This document shows, one piece after another, positions 1-12,230 of a stretch of 64,000 bases of DNA. Both the position numbers and the translations under genes were made by a program. The DNA is taken from NCBI RefSeq assembly GCF_964188315.1, contig NC_135655.1:82336001-82400000 (forward strand), written 5' to 3'. The notes beneath the pieces were generated by a model. That model saw only the letters and a list, made by a program, of their open reading frames with translations. It was not told where the DNA came from and made no database searches. This DNA is from Podarcis muralis. Lineage: Eukaryota. Within the stretch, counting starts at the first letter, position 1. The number at the start of each line of letters is the position of its first letter.

Positions 1-609
1 TTGGCTGCCATGGCATACGATCGCTATGTGGCCATCTGTAACCCACTGCTCTATACCGTCATTATGTCTCGAAGGCTATGTATTTTGTTGGTCTTTGCTT
101 CTTATGTAGCTGGGTTTATAAATGCATTAGTAAATACAGGATTTACCTTAACAGTGTCCTTTGGTGACTCTAATGTAATCAATCATTTCTTCTGTGATTG
201 GCCACCATTGATTCAGTTGGCTTGCTCTGATACCAGTCTCAACCAAATCCTTGTTTTTGCTATTGCTGGGTTTAACGAGGTTACCACCACATTGGTAGTT
301 CTCATCTCTTATGCCTGCATCTTCTCTACCATCCTCAGAATACGCTCCAATGACAGCAAGCGTAAAGCTTTCTCCACCTGTACTTCTCATCTGACCACCG
401 TCAGTCTGTTCTATGGGACCCTCCTCTTTATGTACTTGAGACCCAGATCCAGCTATTCTATGGAACAGGATAAAATAATTGCTGCGGTCTACACAGTGTT
501 GGTCCCTTTGGTGAATCCCCTGATCTATAGTCTCAGGAACAAGGATGTGAAAGAAGCTTTTATGAAAGGAATGGGGAGGCTGAGGATCACTTTAGCAATC
601 ATCTGCTAG
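1..609 (+). CDS. Olfactory receptor, class II family 5-like; 5' part outside the window (TM3 to C-terminus)
   Basis: [29 protein letters not shown] and [12 protein letters not shown] motifs; stop TAG at 607-609. Confidence 0.95.
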   Translation: MAAMAYDRYVAICNPLLYTVIMSRRLCILLVFASYVAGFINALVNTGFTLTVSFGDSNVINHFFCDWPPLIQLACSDTSLNQILVFAIAGFNEVTTTLVVLISYACIFSTILRIRSNDSKRKAFSTCTSHLTTVSLFYGTLLFMYLRPRSSYSMEQDKIIAAVYTVLVPLVNPLIYSLRNKDVKEAFMKGMGRLRITLAIIC

Positions 610-1252
610 GTAGAACCCAAAGAATAGGGAGGGGAGAATATTTTAAAAATGAAAGGAAAATTGTGAGTAAAAAATAATCACACTCTGAACAAGCCCAATG
701 GATTTAAGAGATTTAAATAATGTACATCCAGTGACTTCAATAGCTCTATTTTCTGAGTATGACAGCTGGAGATCATCCATATTTCATTATTTCAAAAAAA
801 GTGAATCATACAAGCTTTCAGAATGTGATGAAATGAACAAAAAAATGAACATTTGTAAATACAATATATACAGTAGAGAGAAATATAAGAACATAGCAAC
901 AGTAGCAGTACATATTTAGAAGGTTCTTAGTTATTAGAGTGGACATTGAGATTGTATTGTTACCAGACTAACCCAGACAAAGACACAGATATGAGGAACA
1001 AACATACACTCATGAGATTACAGTTATTCAAAACAAAGAAAAAAAATGGTTGCACATTGGCTTCAAATCTGTCATTCCAATAATTTATTAATAAAGACCA
1101 ACTCTATGAACTTGTCATCTTTTGTCTTTCACTTAGCTCAATGTTTCCTTTAGCCCTGGAGAATATGTGTATTTTGTTGACATACAAAACTCCCTTTTCA
1201 AATGTAGTTTTTTCTGTGATGCTCATTTTAAAGAATAAATTTTGAATAAATA

Positions 1253-1256
1253 AATA

Positions 1257-1287
<31 letters not shown>
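1253..1287. repeat. (AAAG)n microsatellite
   Basis: Directly visible. Confidence 0.9.
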
Positions 1288-1372
1288 TCATTAAATACAA
1301 GTTATGGTTGCTGTTGTTCAAAAATATTATGAAACACTATTATTTTTTCACAATGGGGGGATGCAAGGGGGG

Positions 1373-1373
<1 letters not shown>

Positions 1374-1410
<37 letters not shown>
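1374..1410. repeat. (AC)n microsatellite
   Basis: Directly visible. Confidence 0.9.
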
Positions 1411-1415
<5 letters not shown>

Positions 1416-1465
1416 CCCTTTTGAGTTAAAAAAAAAGTGACTAAGGAGGGGACCTGACCAAAGTT

Positions 1466-1757
1466 CAGATGTCTTCTAAAAATCTGGTAGTTGTTGTTCT
1501 CTTCGACATCTGGTGGGAGGGTGTTCCACAGGGCTGGTGCTACTACCAAGAAGGCCCTCTGCCTGGTTCCCTGTAACTTCGCTTCTCGCAGGGAGGGAAC
1601 CGCCAGAAGGCCCTTGGCGCTGGACCTCAGTGTCCGGGCAAAACAATGGGGGTGGAGATGCTCCTTCAGGTATACTGGACCGAGGCCGTTTAGGGCTTTA
1701 AATGTCAGCACCAACACTTTGAATTTTGCTCGGAAACGTACTGGGAGCCAATGTAGT
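1466..1757 (-). mobile_element. L2-clade LINE fragment (ORF C-terminus), same family as the copy at 42.2-44.8 kb
   Basis: Translates to LHWLPVRFRAKFKVLVLTFKALNGLGPVYLKE...REAKLQGTRQRAF, nearly identical to the end of ORF 42191..44689. Confidence 0.9.
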
Positions 1758-1873
1758 TCTCTGCTTTCCCCCCACATAATGGAGAAAATAACCCTGGAGG
1801 GGAAAACACACAGCAATGTGCATAAAGATGTATACAGTACTTTAATTTCTTTTAATTTTTATTATTTGTATAC

Positions 1874-1979
1874 TAGGGTTGACATATTCCCAAAAGTGAA
1901 AATCTGGACAGAGTTGTTGAGCACAAATCCTTCCAGACGCCATTTTTTCAGAGCGATTCCCGGACGAATGGCAGCCATA
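1874..1979. mobile_element. Short hAT-like MITE
   Basis: Degenerate TIRs tagggttgaca / tggcagccata; related ends at about 28975 and 39548-39659. Confidence 0.5.
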
Positions 1980-1983
1980 TTGT

Positions 1984-2418
1984 CAGTGCAGGATTTACAT
2001 ATAAGCTAAAGAAGCCTCTCTTGGGGCCCCCCAAAAATTTAAAGAGAAAAAACTGGATGTACATTTCCAAAATATAAGATAAAAAACAAATAAAGTAAAA
2101 CCTACATACAGCAGCAGTGTTTTGTGTTGTGAAGGCTCCTATGCTGTAAGTAATAGGCCCCACCTGCTAGCCTTCTCCCTAGAATATCACTGGTTTGCTC
2201 ATTTCTATATATAGGGTGCCTACATTCTGCATGGACTGGTTGCATGGCAGCATGTTCAAATGGCTTTAGATACCTATTAGGTCCATAAATTACCATATAG
2301 CATGTATTCAACACAAAAAAACAGTGACAATTTGTTGTTGACAAAGGACAGCTGGACATATAAAGGGCCCCATTACTGTCAGTAGCTTAGGGCCTCATCA
2401 AACCTAAATCCAGCCCTG
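1984..2418. mobile_element. hAT-type non-autonomous DNA transposon
   Basis: Ends cagtgcaggattta / taaatccagccctg; 8-bp TSD catattgt / cgtattgt (7 of 8 match). Confidence 0.7.
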
Positions 2419-2419
2419 C

Positions 2420-2700
2420 GTATTGTATACCACCTTTCACCAAAGGGCAGTTCACAACATACAAAATACAAAATGAGAGCACAAAATACATAATCAAACA
2501 AGAACAAACCAATAACAATCCCCCTCAAAAAAAACACACACACACACACACCAAAAAAACCCCACACATTTAAAAGGCCAAAGGCTGGGTTACAGAGGAA
2601 CATTTTCACCTGGCACCTAAAGATAGTAGTGAAGGTGTCAGGCAAGCCTTGATGTGTGTTTGAGAGGATGAAATGTTTTCTAAGGGTGGGTGACAAATGC
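2420..2700 (-). mobile_element. Degraded L2-type LINE 3' end
   Basis: tataccacctttc...aaaggcca...cacctggcacctaaag pattern, shared with the relic at 32.5 kb. Confidence 0.5.
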
Positions 2701-3381
2701 ATAAACTTTTAGTATGAACACACACTGCAACAGCAAGCTCACGGTAGGAGAATGAGCAAGGGTGTGTGTGGAGCCAACCCCCTGGTGTCGGCCTTGCTAT
2801 TGCTTTCCTACATGGAGCTAAGGCAGGGCTGGTAAGCCAAAAGGTTGAGGTGACGTGGTGACTCACTCTCTTTTCTTTTCTTTTCTTTTGTTGCTTTATT
2901 CTTGTAACTTTCTTGATTGCCCACTTCAAAATAAAGCCATAATTGGGCTTTTAGCTAATACCCAGTATGCCTTATTAAAAACTGCTTGTTGCATGTATAG
3001 GGAAATTACACAATCCATATGTAGAGAGAGAGAACTTGATAACAGTATTTATAGTTTGTGTAATGACAGCTAACAGCCCTCGGCGAGCTGGACTTCTGCC
3101 CTGTCAGAGACATGCCCGTGATTTTGAATAAAAGCATTTATTTGACCAGCATTTTAATATGGCAAAAACTAATGTGCTCTGGTGTGTTTGGGTGGTAGTG
3201 GGGACTATTCCATGGATAATCATGGCTAGATCTACATCAAAAGGGCCACATGGGTCAGGAAAATAAATGCTGCATAATCTGTCCCTGGGAGAATCAACCT
3301 AACAAGCTCATTTGAGAGGGAAATAAGATTTGTGTGTCTAACTAAATTCCTAGCTATAGCTGCTTATTTTCCTCTATAGAT

Positions 3382-3415
3382 GTGTGTGTGTGTGTGTGTG
3401 TATGTATTTATGTAT

Positions 3416-3446
<31 letters not shown>

Positions 3447-3447
3447 T
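3382..3447. repeat. (TG)n followed by (TTTA)n microsatellite
   Basis: Directly visible. Confidence 0.9.
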
Positions 3448-5028
3448 CTGCAGCAATTAAAACCACAGGTATGCAAGCAATGTCAAGTAAATACTGAATC
3501 TTTAGGGGTATCATTCTGCCTTTCTATTATTTAGAACCTCATTCAAGGAAAATAGAACAATAAAAAACATCAATTAATATCCATGAAACGTTCTCATGAT
3601 TGGGTTGTATTCAGTGTTTGTCTAACTCAGGGTAAACCCATTAATAATTTCTTCAGCCGCTGGAGGCAGATTTTCTTTGGCCAAGCTGCATGAGATCTAG
3701 AGCCACACTTTCATTCTACCTACACCATTCTTGTATGATCATTGATCACAATGTAGAAGTCACTTGAAAACGGGCTTCAAATATTGCATGTAGCAAGTGT
3801 CATAATCTGTAGAGCAGCTTGCACTGATAAATGTTACCTACTGAATAGAGTTTCCATGATACCTTTTGCAACAGAAATGGGAACAACTTTCATGATATAT
3901 TTTTCTGCCCTCCAAAATTTTCCCCAATATTAATTGTGATTTTGAGATGAGAGATTTTGGAGAGACACCCAACCCACCCCCCACCTACCCCGGAAGAAGA
4001 TGCCCAGAAAAGGCAACTGCTTTTGTACAGTTCTGAGCAGTCTTCAGCCCAGACACATTCAGGCAATACAATAGACCTGCAACTTATGCATCATTTACAG
4101 TGGTGGCTTTGCATGTGTGGCAGGAAAATAAATGGAGAACAGGAGGGAAACAGTCAGAACAGGACATTTGAGATCTCACACAATCTTTCCAGGGTCCGGT
4201 AAGCAAGGTGGAGGGCTTACAAAGTCTTTTCACACTGGAAATACTTTTAAGACCTTAACCTGCTTACTGGGCTCTGTGGAGGACACTCAAGGCCTCTAGA
4301 AGGCTGTGGAAAGCTCCTGCGAGATCCTGGATGGCCCTGCAAGCCTCCCACAGCCCCAAAAGTTGGGATAATCATGCAGGGGTGGTTCCTGGGGTCTTCC
4401 TGACATCACAGTACTTTGCCTTTGTGTGCAAACTCCCAGAATGTAACCTTTGCCAAAGTTGCATAAAGTATTGTGCATGCCTTCATGGCCTTCTGCAGTT
4501 TTGGTGCTACTCCCCTTCCTAATCAAGCCTTCTTCAGCCGCATAATATAAAGGTGGTCATCAAAATCTACCATATTTTTAAATGTGGAACAATGGTTCCC
4601 AAATAAATACTGTTCCCATTCTAAGTTTGATTCATATTTCTAGTTTTATTTTGCAATGTTCTAAAATGAATACATACATAGATATATCCAGCTGTCCTTG
4701 GAAAATATGGTATAGATCTCAATATTGGTTGCATGCATGCATCTTTTAGACCCTCTTCTGGAAATGGTTTACAAAGAACACTTGCAAAGAACACTTTTTA
4801 TGAACATATGACCATAAGGAATAACTTTGTCCACGTTGCAACTGCAGCTGGTCACCAGAACAGCAAACAAGAAGGAGTCCTAGAATTTAGCACTTTCCTA
4901 GTCTTGGGTCACTAGATGCTGTTCAACTACAACTCCCAGCATCCATAAGCCTTGGCCATGCTAGCCACTGTTGTTCAACAACATTGGGGAGCTAAGGTGG
5001 GAGGGCTCCTCTACCCTAGATCCACATG

Positions 5029-5955
5029 CTACCTGAGGGGCATCAGCCTTTTGAAGGCACCTTTCACTTCCTTGTTCCTCAGACTGTAAATCAGGGGATT
5101 CAACATGGGGATCACTATTGTGTAGAATACAGAAGCAATTCTGTCTCTTTCCAAAGAATGGCTAGCATTTGGCTGGCAATATATGAGGAGAATGGTAGCA
5201 TGGAATATAGTGATGGCTGTGAAGTGAGAGGCACAAGTGGAGAAGGCTTTGTATTTCCCTTCATTGGTGCGAATCCTGGATACAGATATAATAATGAAAA
5301 TGTAGGACATGAGAATGATCACTATGGTGCTAGTCTCCACAAAGGTAGCAAAAATGAAAAGTAACATCTTATTGATGCTGTTGTCAGAGCAGGATATGGC
5401 TAACACTGGGGAAATGTCACAATAGAAGTGATGGATGACATTTGGCCCACAGAAAACTAGCCGAAAAGCAGAACAAGTGTGAACTAGGGCACAAACCATG
5501 CCACACATGTAAGAAACAGCTACCAGTTGGGTGCAGAGCTTTCTAGACATGGCCACTGTGTACAGCAAGGGATTACAAATGGCCACGTAGCGATCATATG
5601 CCATCACAGCCAAAAGGTAAGATTCAGCCACCACTAAATTAACAAAGAGGTACATCTGTACTGCACAAGCAGAGAAAGAAATTCCTTTGGCCTCAGAGAT
5701 GATGTCCACGAGCAATTTGGGTGTGATGGATGAAGAATAACAAATGTCAATAAAGGACAAGTGACTGAGGAAGAAGTACATGGGAGTATGGAGTCGCACT
5801 TCGAGCCGGATTATGAGGATGATGCCAAAATTCCCCATCAAGGTGACAACATAGATTGTGAGAAACACCACAAAGAGGAGGATCTGCAGCTCTGGGTGGT
5901 CGGTGAATCCCAGGAGGATGAACTCTGATACCAAAGTGTAATTTCCTTTCTCCAT
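5029..5955 (-). CDS. Olfactory receptor, family 5 (OR5L/OR5D-like), 308 aa
   Basis: Start [16 protein letters not shown] at ATG 5955 (the ORF track start at 6024 is not ATG); [24 protein letters not shown] and [12 protein letters not shown] are intact; FH..IYCxP recalls OR5L. Confidence 0.95.
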   Translation of the reverse strand: MEKGNYTLVSEFILLGFTDHPELQILLFVVFLTIYVVTLMGNFGIILIIRLEVRLHTPMYFFLSHLSFIDICYSSSITPKLLVDIISEAKGISFSACAVQMYLFVNLVVAESYLLAVMAYDRYVAICNPLLYTVAMSRKLCTQLVAVSYMCGMVCALVHTCSAFRLVFCGPNVIHHFYCDISPVLAISCSDNSINKMLLFIFATFVETSTIVIILMSYIFIIISVSRIRTNEGKYKAFSTCASHFTAITIFHATILLIYCQPNASHSLERDRIASVFYTIVIPMLNPLIYSLRNKEVKGAFKRLMPLR

Positions 5956-7108
5956 TCCTTTGAGATCATGCTTTATCGCTAAGAATTGGGGAAGATGGTA
6001 GTGGATACAAGATTGTTGACTCAAAAATCAGCTTTGAACAAGATTATCTGTTGCCATATTATTTTGTCAATGAAGAGTGCCGCAGTAAAGGCTTCATGTT
6101 GACACCTCTGTGCATGGTCTGGGTAGAGTCTTGTGAGCTGGATAGAGAGATCTGGATGACTTAAATGATCCTGTAATTGGTTTGAAAGAGAACCAGATTA
6201 ATCTAAAGGTTCATCACTAAGAAATATTCTGTATTTATACTGGATATGTTTTTGTTGTTTTATCATTTCTTATTTGCTGTCCTGTGTTCCTGTGTGAGGA
6301 AGGATAGCATATAAATTTAATTAACAAAGAAATAAAATGCAAGAAGCATATTAAATTCAAAGTCCACTCACTACATTTTTAATTTATTTTTACTTCAAAG
6401 GATGCTTTTGTTTCTCATGTTTTTAGCATGTGATTAAAAATATCATTCTAGAAGAAAACTCAGCTGGAAAAAATACTGTGTGCAAAAATCTTTATGAAAC
6501 AGGTCAATTTTATCTCAGTATTAAAAACTATTAGAATGTTGACTATGGGAAAGGTGTATTTTTCACATATCTTACTAGACAACCAAGGGATGGACCTACT
6601 GAAGTCTTTACAACATTTATTTACTGATCAAATTAGAAATGGGTACATGAAATTGCTTCCAGGTTACATAGCTAGTGTTATAGTGACCACAAAATGTGAA
6701 AGGAGAAGGGAAATCTCCCGCCAGTTGTCTAAATCTGGGGTAAAGTTTATGAAAAGCCATGTGGCTATTGTGAGAGTTAATGCTGGAGGGAAGGTCTTTG
6801 CTTCTGAAGGATCCTGGAAGGAAAGAGAGGGTTCCAGTTCTGCTGAGAACTGTTTTTAGTTGCAGTGGCCAACATTTTCTGGGACCAATCCTAACTTTGT
6901 TCCTGCCCTTCTTACCTGCCTGATCCTTATCATGGGAAGCTGTGAAGGAAGAGAGAAGATGGTCTTCCTTGAATTCAAAAGCAAATGCTACTTGAGTGTG
7001 CGGGAGCTGTTTTTCATTCACTTTTATGGCCTTTGGGGTTTAATCTCTGGAGCAATTTGAGAATTCCCCATCTTGGAGAAAAGAAACATTATGACAAAAC
7101 TTTAGTTG

Positions 7109-7248
7109 CAATGCTTTTTTTTTCTAGAAAAAATAGGTGCCGGTACTCACCATGAAGTTGTTACAGCAAGTGCCACACTTTTTAACCAGAACAAAAAGAG
7201 ATGATAGTACTGCATCCCTTTAAGTACCCACTGGAAAAAAACCCACTG
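7109..7248. mobile_element. Small MITE with CAGTGCTTTTT-type ends
   Basis: caatgctttttttttc / gaaaaaaacccactg; no clear TSD. Confidence 0.5.
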
Positions 7249-7269
7249 TATCAGTTGTATTATTATTAT

Positions 7270-7383
7270 CTGTGCTTTTTTTTCTTTTTTTAAAAAAATG
7301 TTTAGGGGTACTCTCATTTTCATACTCACATTGAAATGTTTAGGAGTATGCATACCCTTGCGTCACCCCAGAAAAAAGCACTG
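7270..7383. mobile_element. Small hAT-like MITE
   Basis: ctgtgctttttt / aaaaaagcactg; 8-bp TSD attattat / attattaa. Confidence 0.6.
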
Positions 7384-7549
7384 ATTATTAAAATGCACAG
7401 TTATCTTTAAAGGAACAAATAACACTGCTACCATTCCTTGCTCCACCAGCCCCAGGCTCCACTCTTGCTCCCTGACTTACAAGACCAGAGCGCTGGGCGA
7501 TCGATTTTCTAATGAAACCTAGAGATCCTTTGAACATGGGTTCTCAGTA

Positions 7550-7773
7550 CAGTGATACCTCGGAAGTTGAACAGAATGTGTTCCAGAAGTCCGTTCGACT
7601 TCCAAAACGTTTTGGAAACCAAGGCACAGCTTCCAATCAGGAGCTGCAGAAGCCCCGTCGGAGATTTGGGTTCCAAAGAACATTCGCAAACCGGAACACT
7701 AACTTCTGGGTTTGCGGCATTCAGGAGCCAAAACATTCAACTCGCAAAGCATTTGGATTCCAAGGTACGACTG
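7550..7773. mobile_element. Tc1/mariner (Tigger-like) MITE
   Basis: TA-flanked TIRs cagtgatacctcgga / tccaaggtacgactg. Confidence 0.75.
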
Positions 7774-7785
7774 TAAAGTGAAGTA

Positions 7786-8013
7786 CAGTCATACCTCGTT
7801 TTGCGGCCAGGGTCTGTCCTGGAGTCCCGGCCGCTAGCCAAAAAGGACGCAGGGCAAAGCCATGCGTCTGCGCACACGCATGGAGCGGTTTGTGCTTCTG
7901 TGCATGCACGAGCAGCAAACCCGGAAGTAACCCGTTCTGGTACTTCCGGTTTTGCTGCGGACGTTTGCTGGAATGGACGCTAGACAAGGTGGACGTTTGC
8001 GGAGGTATTACTG
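7786..8013. mobile_element. Tc1/mariner (Tigger-like) MITE, second family
   Basis: TA-flanked TIRs cagtcatacctc / gaggtattactg; internal aacccggaagta..tacttccggttt palindrome. Confidence 0.75.
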
Positions 8014-9553
8014 TACAGCATAGGCAATCTGCTGCTCATGTGAATAAATGTCAGAACTGAATTAAACTTTGGCTGCCTTCAGTTGGGCTTGTATAGCTCT
8101 ATTTAGGCATTCCGCTGCACACAGCTGTAATTGTGTAGAAAGTCAGAATGGTGCTATACCTGGCTATCTGCCCCCAGCCCTATGAAGAGGCGGGCAGGGA
8201 GGGCAAAATCTCCACTCCTCTATTAAACCATGCTGCAGCTGCATTTAAATTGAGGGCAAAGTGCTTCACAGAGCACTTTAGCAAACAAATTAGGACAGCT
8301 TAAGGACTCCAATTGGTGTGAAGCTGGTTTGAGATACAATGCATCAAATAGTAGCACTGTAAAAGAAAGTACTAGATAGATGTGTATTTTGGGTAATGTC
8401 ATGTGAACATGTCCAGCACTGGAAATGCAGTTGAGTACACAGTAAATGGGAGTCTGAACACAGCCTAAGTTGCAGTCTTAAGGAGCTCCTTATACCAATG
8501 GATGAAAAGTTAAGCTTATAAAAATAATTAATTAAACTTGTTTATGTGGCAGTTCATCATCAAGGATACCTTATTCTTCCATGTAGGACATAGATAGGAA
8601 TAATATGTGGCACCAGAGCAGTCTTGTGTACCACATGCTACACCAATGACCTAATACCAGAAGCTGTGTGCAAAGATGCAGGGCTGTCATATGAACTAAT
8701 GAGTTAAGTTCTGGATAGTTTCAAGGAGATTTTCCCCTAAGACAAAAATCCTCTTGTGCTTTCATCTTCCAACTTACCGCAGAAAAACAAAGTCGGAGTG
8801 CAGAAACAACTTGGAAAAGAAACAAACAAATTCAGAATCATTGTGCTCTTGGGGTGAGGCCACGGTATAGGCACTCTTGGGGAGAGAAACAAGTATTTCC
8901 AGTGACTCGTGGTTTCATACATTAAACAATGCCGAGAGCTTGCTGAGGAGCCATTTTCATGCCTCTTAAAGGTACAATTAAATTTTTAAAATCTGATCTT
9001 TTTTCCTTTTTTAGAAATATCTTATTCCAAAAGTTTTATATGTATATGATGATATATCAATTGTTGATGATATTTGTGCATTTGGATATGAATGGTGAGA
9101 AGCCTCAAGTGTAGCAATTAAAAACATGGAGCATAAAATAGCAGTGAATATATTTAAAAGAGATGGGAATAGAAAGCAAATCAGAATCATTCTAAATCGA
9201 GGAAGAGGGGTTTTTTCTGGCAAAAGTTTAATGTATATATTAACCAGTAAATATATGTTTTAATACTCAAACTAGGGGGTGACAAAGACATGGCTAAAGG
9301 TTTTGCCAGGATATGTAGAGAAAGGGTAGGATTTGAAATATTGAAGAGAATGGCAGGATTTGGAAATGGCTTGGATATAGGAGAAGGAAGGAGATGAGTT
9401 GGAGATGATTCCAAGCTTGGACACCAAGGAGTTGCCCTTGTAGACTATTACAGCATTAGCAGCCAACTAAAATAAAATATTTTTCTTTCAGCTCCAGTGC
9501 CATCAAGTGACAGAGACAGACAAAGACTGGCATGCGAGAGCAGTATTGAAGGA

Positions 9554-10486
9554 ATGTCTGAGGGAAATGGCTCCTTGGGAACAGACTTCATCCTTTTAGG
9601 CTTTACAGATCAGCATGAGCTCCAGGTTTTGTGCTTTGTGCTCTTCTTTGCCATTTATATTTTCACTGTGGCTGGGAATCTTGGCATGATTATGTTAATC
9701 AGGATGGACCACCGGCTCCACACACCCATGTACTTTTTCCTTAGCCATCTTTCCTTCTTAGATGTGTGCTATTCTACTACAATTGTCCCCAAGACCTTGG
9801 TGAATTCTTTAGCAAACAGCAAAACCATTTCTTTCTCCGGATGCACCATTCAGCTCTTCTTCTTTGCAGCTTGTGCTACCACTGAGTGCTACCTGCTGGC
9901 TGCCATGGCCTATGACCGTTATGTTGCTGTTTGTAGCCCTCTCCTGTATGCGGTTGTGATGTCTCATAAGCTTTGCATAGGGCTAGTGGCTGGGGCATAC
10001 ACTGCTGGCGTGATTAGTTCAGCCACACACACCATTTCCATCTTTCGCCTGCCATTCTGCCGTTCTCGTAGGATCAACCATTTTTTCTGTGACGGGCCTC
10101 CACTCCTAACTCTAGCCTGCTCAGACACACATTTCAATGAGATGCTGCTTTTTGCGGTTGTTGGCTTCAACATCATAGTCACCACTGTTATCATTCTAGC
10201 ATCGTACTTGTCTGTCCTCACCACTATCCTGAAGATGCGGACAACGGAAGGCAGGCGCAAAGCCTTCTCCACCTGTGCCTCCCATTTGGCCTCTGTTGCT
10301 TTGTACTATGGGAGTTCCCTCTTCATGTATTCAAGGCCCAGCTCAAGCTATTCCCTAGATCAGGACAAGGTGGTTTCTGTTCTATACTCAGTTACAATCC
10401 CCATGTTGAACCCTCTCATCTACAGCATGAGGAACAAGGAGGTGAAAGATGCCCTCAGAAAAATGAGAGGCAGATTCCTTTCTTGA
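9554..10486 (+). CDS. Olfactory receptor, family 5-like, 310 aa
   Basis: ATG at 9554 (MSEGNGS, N-glycosylation site); all OR motifs intact; acceptor ttttctttcag at 9491. Confidence 0.95.
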   Translation: MSEGNGSLGTDFILLGFTDQHELQVLCFVLFFAIYIFTVAGNLGMIMLIRMDHRLHTPMYFFLSHLSFLDVCYSTTIVPKTLVNSLANSKTISFSGCTIQLFFFAACATTECYLLAAMAYDRYVAVCSPLLYAVVMSHKLCIGLVAGAYTAGVISSATHTISIFRLPFCRSRRINHFFCDGPPLLTLACSDTHFNEMLLFAVVGFNIIVTTVIILASYLSVLTTILKMRTTEGRRKAFSTCASHLASVALYYGSSLFMYSRPSSSYSLDQDKVVSVLYSVTIPMLNPLIYSMRNKEVKDALRKMRGRFLS

Positions 10487-10583
10487 TGACTAAAACTGCA
10501 CAGTAAGATGGGGTGGGGTTCATACATTTTTCTGATGCAAGAGCCAGGCAGTGTGGCTAACCAAATGTCTGGTGGTCTCAGGG

Positions 10584-10717
10584 CAGAGGTGGGGAAGCTG
10601 TGAGCCTCCAAATGTTGCTGGACTCCAGCTCCCATTGTCTTTGACCATGAACCATGTTGGCTAGGGCTGATGGGAGCTGAAGTCCAACAACATCTATAGG
10701 GCCACAGGTGGTCCACA
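10584..10717. mobile_element. Palindromic hAT-derived MITE; related copies at about 4905-5020, 41339-41471 and 61171-61296
   Basis: cagaggtggggaa start; cctccaaatgttgctggactccagctccca / tgggagctgaagtccaacaacatct inverted arms. Confidence 0.6.
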
Positions 10718-11938
10718 AGTGGGGAATGCCCACAGGATCTGCCATCATATAATATGTTGGAAATGCTGCCCTCTTTAAGAAATACGTTCCTGCCCTGTTC
10801 TTGACTTGGTACAGGAATCTCTGTGCGATTTTTGTTTGTACAGAATCATCTATTCCACTTGCATGATGTGCAATACATTGGTGTTTTATACTTTTTGATA
10901 AAGTTAGATGTCACTTCTGTGCAAAGAGGAAGTAGAAGGGGGGGGATCCACATTTGAGTGCCATAATAACCACATGCCCAACTTTGCTCTGTTTCTTTTG
11001 AGTCTGCTGCTGATGTCACAAACTGAAAGGACAAATATGAGCTGTGTAAGGCCTTTGGTATGATGGGGAGAGGAGTCTGCTTCTTTTTCTGATGGTGTGT
11101 TTCACATAAGTGAGTTTGACCTTTACTGCCTTTTTTACAATTAAGGTTCCCAGAATAATTTCACTGGAATGCTTTTAGTCCTGTACAATTTATCTTGACA
11201 GATTAAAATGGATTAAATCACACCAGTCAGGCTTCACAGTGCTATGTGAAGCAGGCAATTAATGAGCTGTTGCTCCTTCCCATCTTTAGGCTATTATGTA
11301 GTTAATGATAACCTCTGCCTTTCGGGATGAGCACCAAAGTTGTAAGGAGCACAGCTTCAGTATTAAGTCTCATACTCAGGTTAACCTTAAGGACAAACGC
11401 CAGTATAACAAAAGAAAATTGCATATATAGAGCATGTTATATAAATGAAGGACATGTTCAATGAACTTTTTATGTGTTGCTTTGCTGTAATCTATACAAA
11501 ATCCCAGTAAGGTAAATTGGTATTATTAACCCACATTGTGGACTGAGGGAGAACAGCTTTCATAAGTCTACTAGTCAGCTGAAAATCAGACCTTCCATGG
11601 CTTTGCTTATAGCTCTTTGTAAGTCCTGACAGTCACCTAGTTTTCCTGACACTGTGTGAATGACACATGGGCACCACCTTCCTGTCAAGCTTGGCCCATG
11701 GGGAATGGGGGAGATGAGAATGAAGCCCGCTGGGCAGCTCCAGTTCCTCACCACAGACCTAGTGAGATGATGGTAGAAATGTATTCCTGAAGGGGAGTTC
11801 CTGATTTATAACCCAGTCACTCAGCCGCTATGCTATGTCAGCATTCAGTAAGCTAATTTATCAACATGAAGCTTTGGGTAGTACTTTTAGGTAAATAGGT
11901 CCACTAGCTGAGGATGAATTCTTTCTTCTGCCTCTCAG

Positions 11939-12230
11939 GAGAGCCAGTGTGGTGTAGTGGTTAAGAGCGGTAGTCTCGTAATCTGGGAAACCGGGTTCAC
12001 ATCTCCGCTCCTCCACGTGCAGCTGCTGGGTGACCTTGGGCCAGTCACACTTCTTTGAAGTCTCTCAGCCCCTCTCACCTCACAGAGTGTTTGTTGTGGG
12101 GGAGGAAGGGAAAGGAGATTGTTAGCCGCTTTGAGACTCCTTAAAGGGAGTGAAAGGCGGGATATCAAATCCAAACTCCTCTTCTTCTTCTTCTTCTTCT
12201 TCTTCTTCTTCTTCTTCTTCTTCTTCTTCT
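11939..12230 (+). mobile_element. Squam3-like tRNA/CORE SINE with (CTT)n tail
   Basis: A box gtggtgtagtgg, B-box-like gggttcacatc, CORE-like gggtgaccttgggccagtcac, 3' agccgctttgagactcc and (CTT)n. Confidence 0.85.

Noticed and set aside
9964-10272. Antisense and alternative-frame ORFs overlapping OR genes (also 148-390, 5026-5364, 54914-55375 and others)
   Set aside because: Expected by-products of OR codon usage; no recognisable domains
10500-12230. A lost fifth array gene upstream of the first spacer
   Set aside because: No OR remnant is visible, and tandem duplication of [upstream region + gene] explains the pattern without any loss
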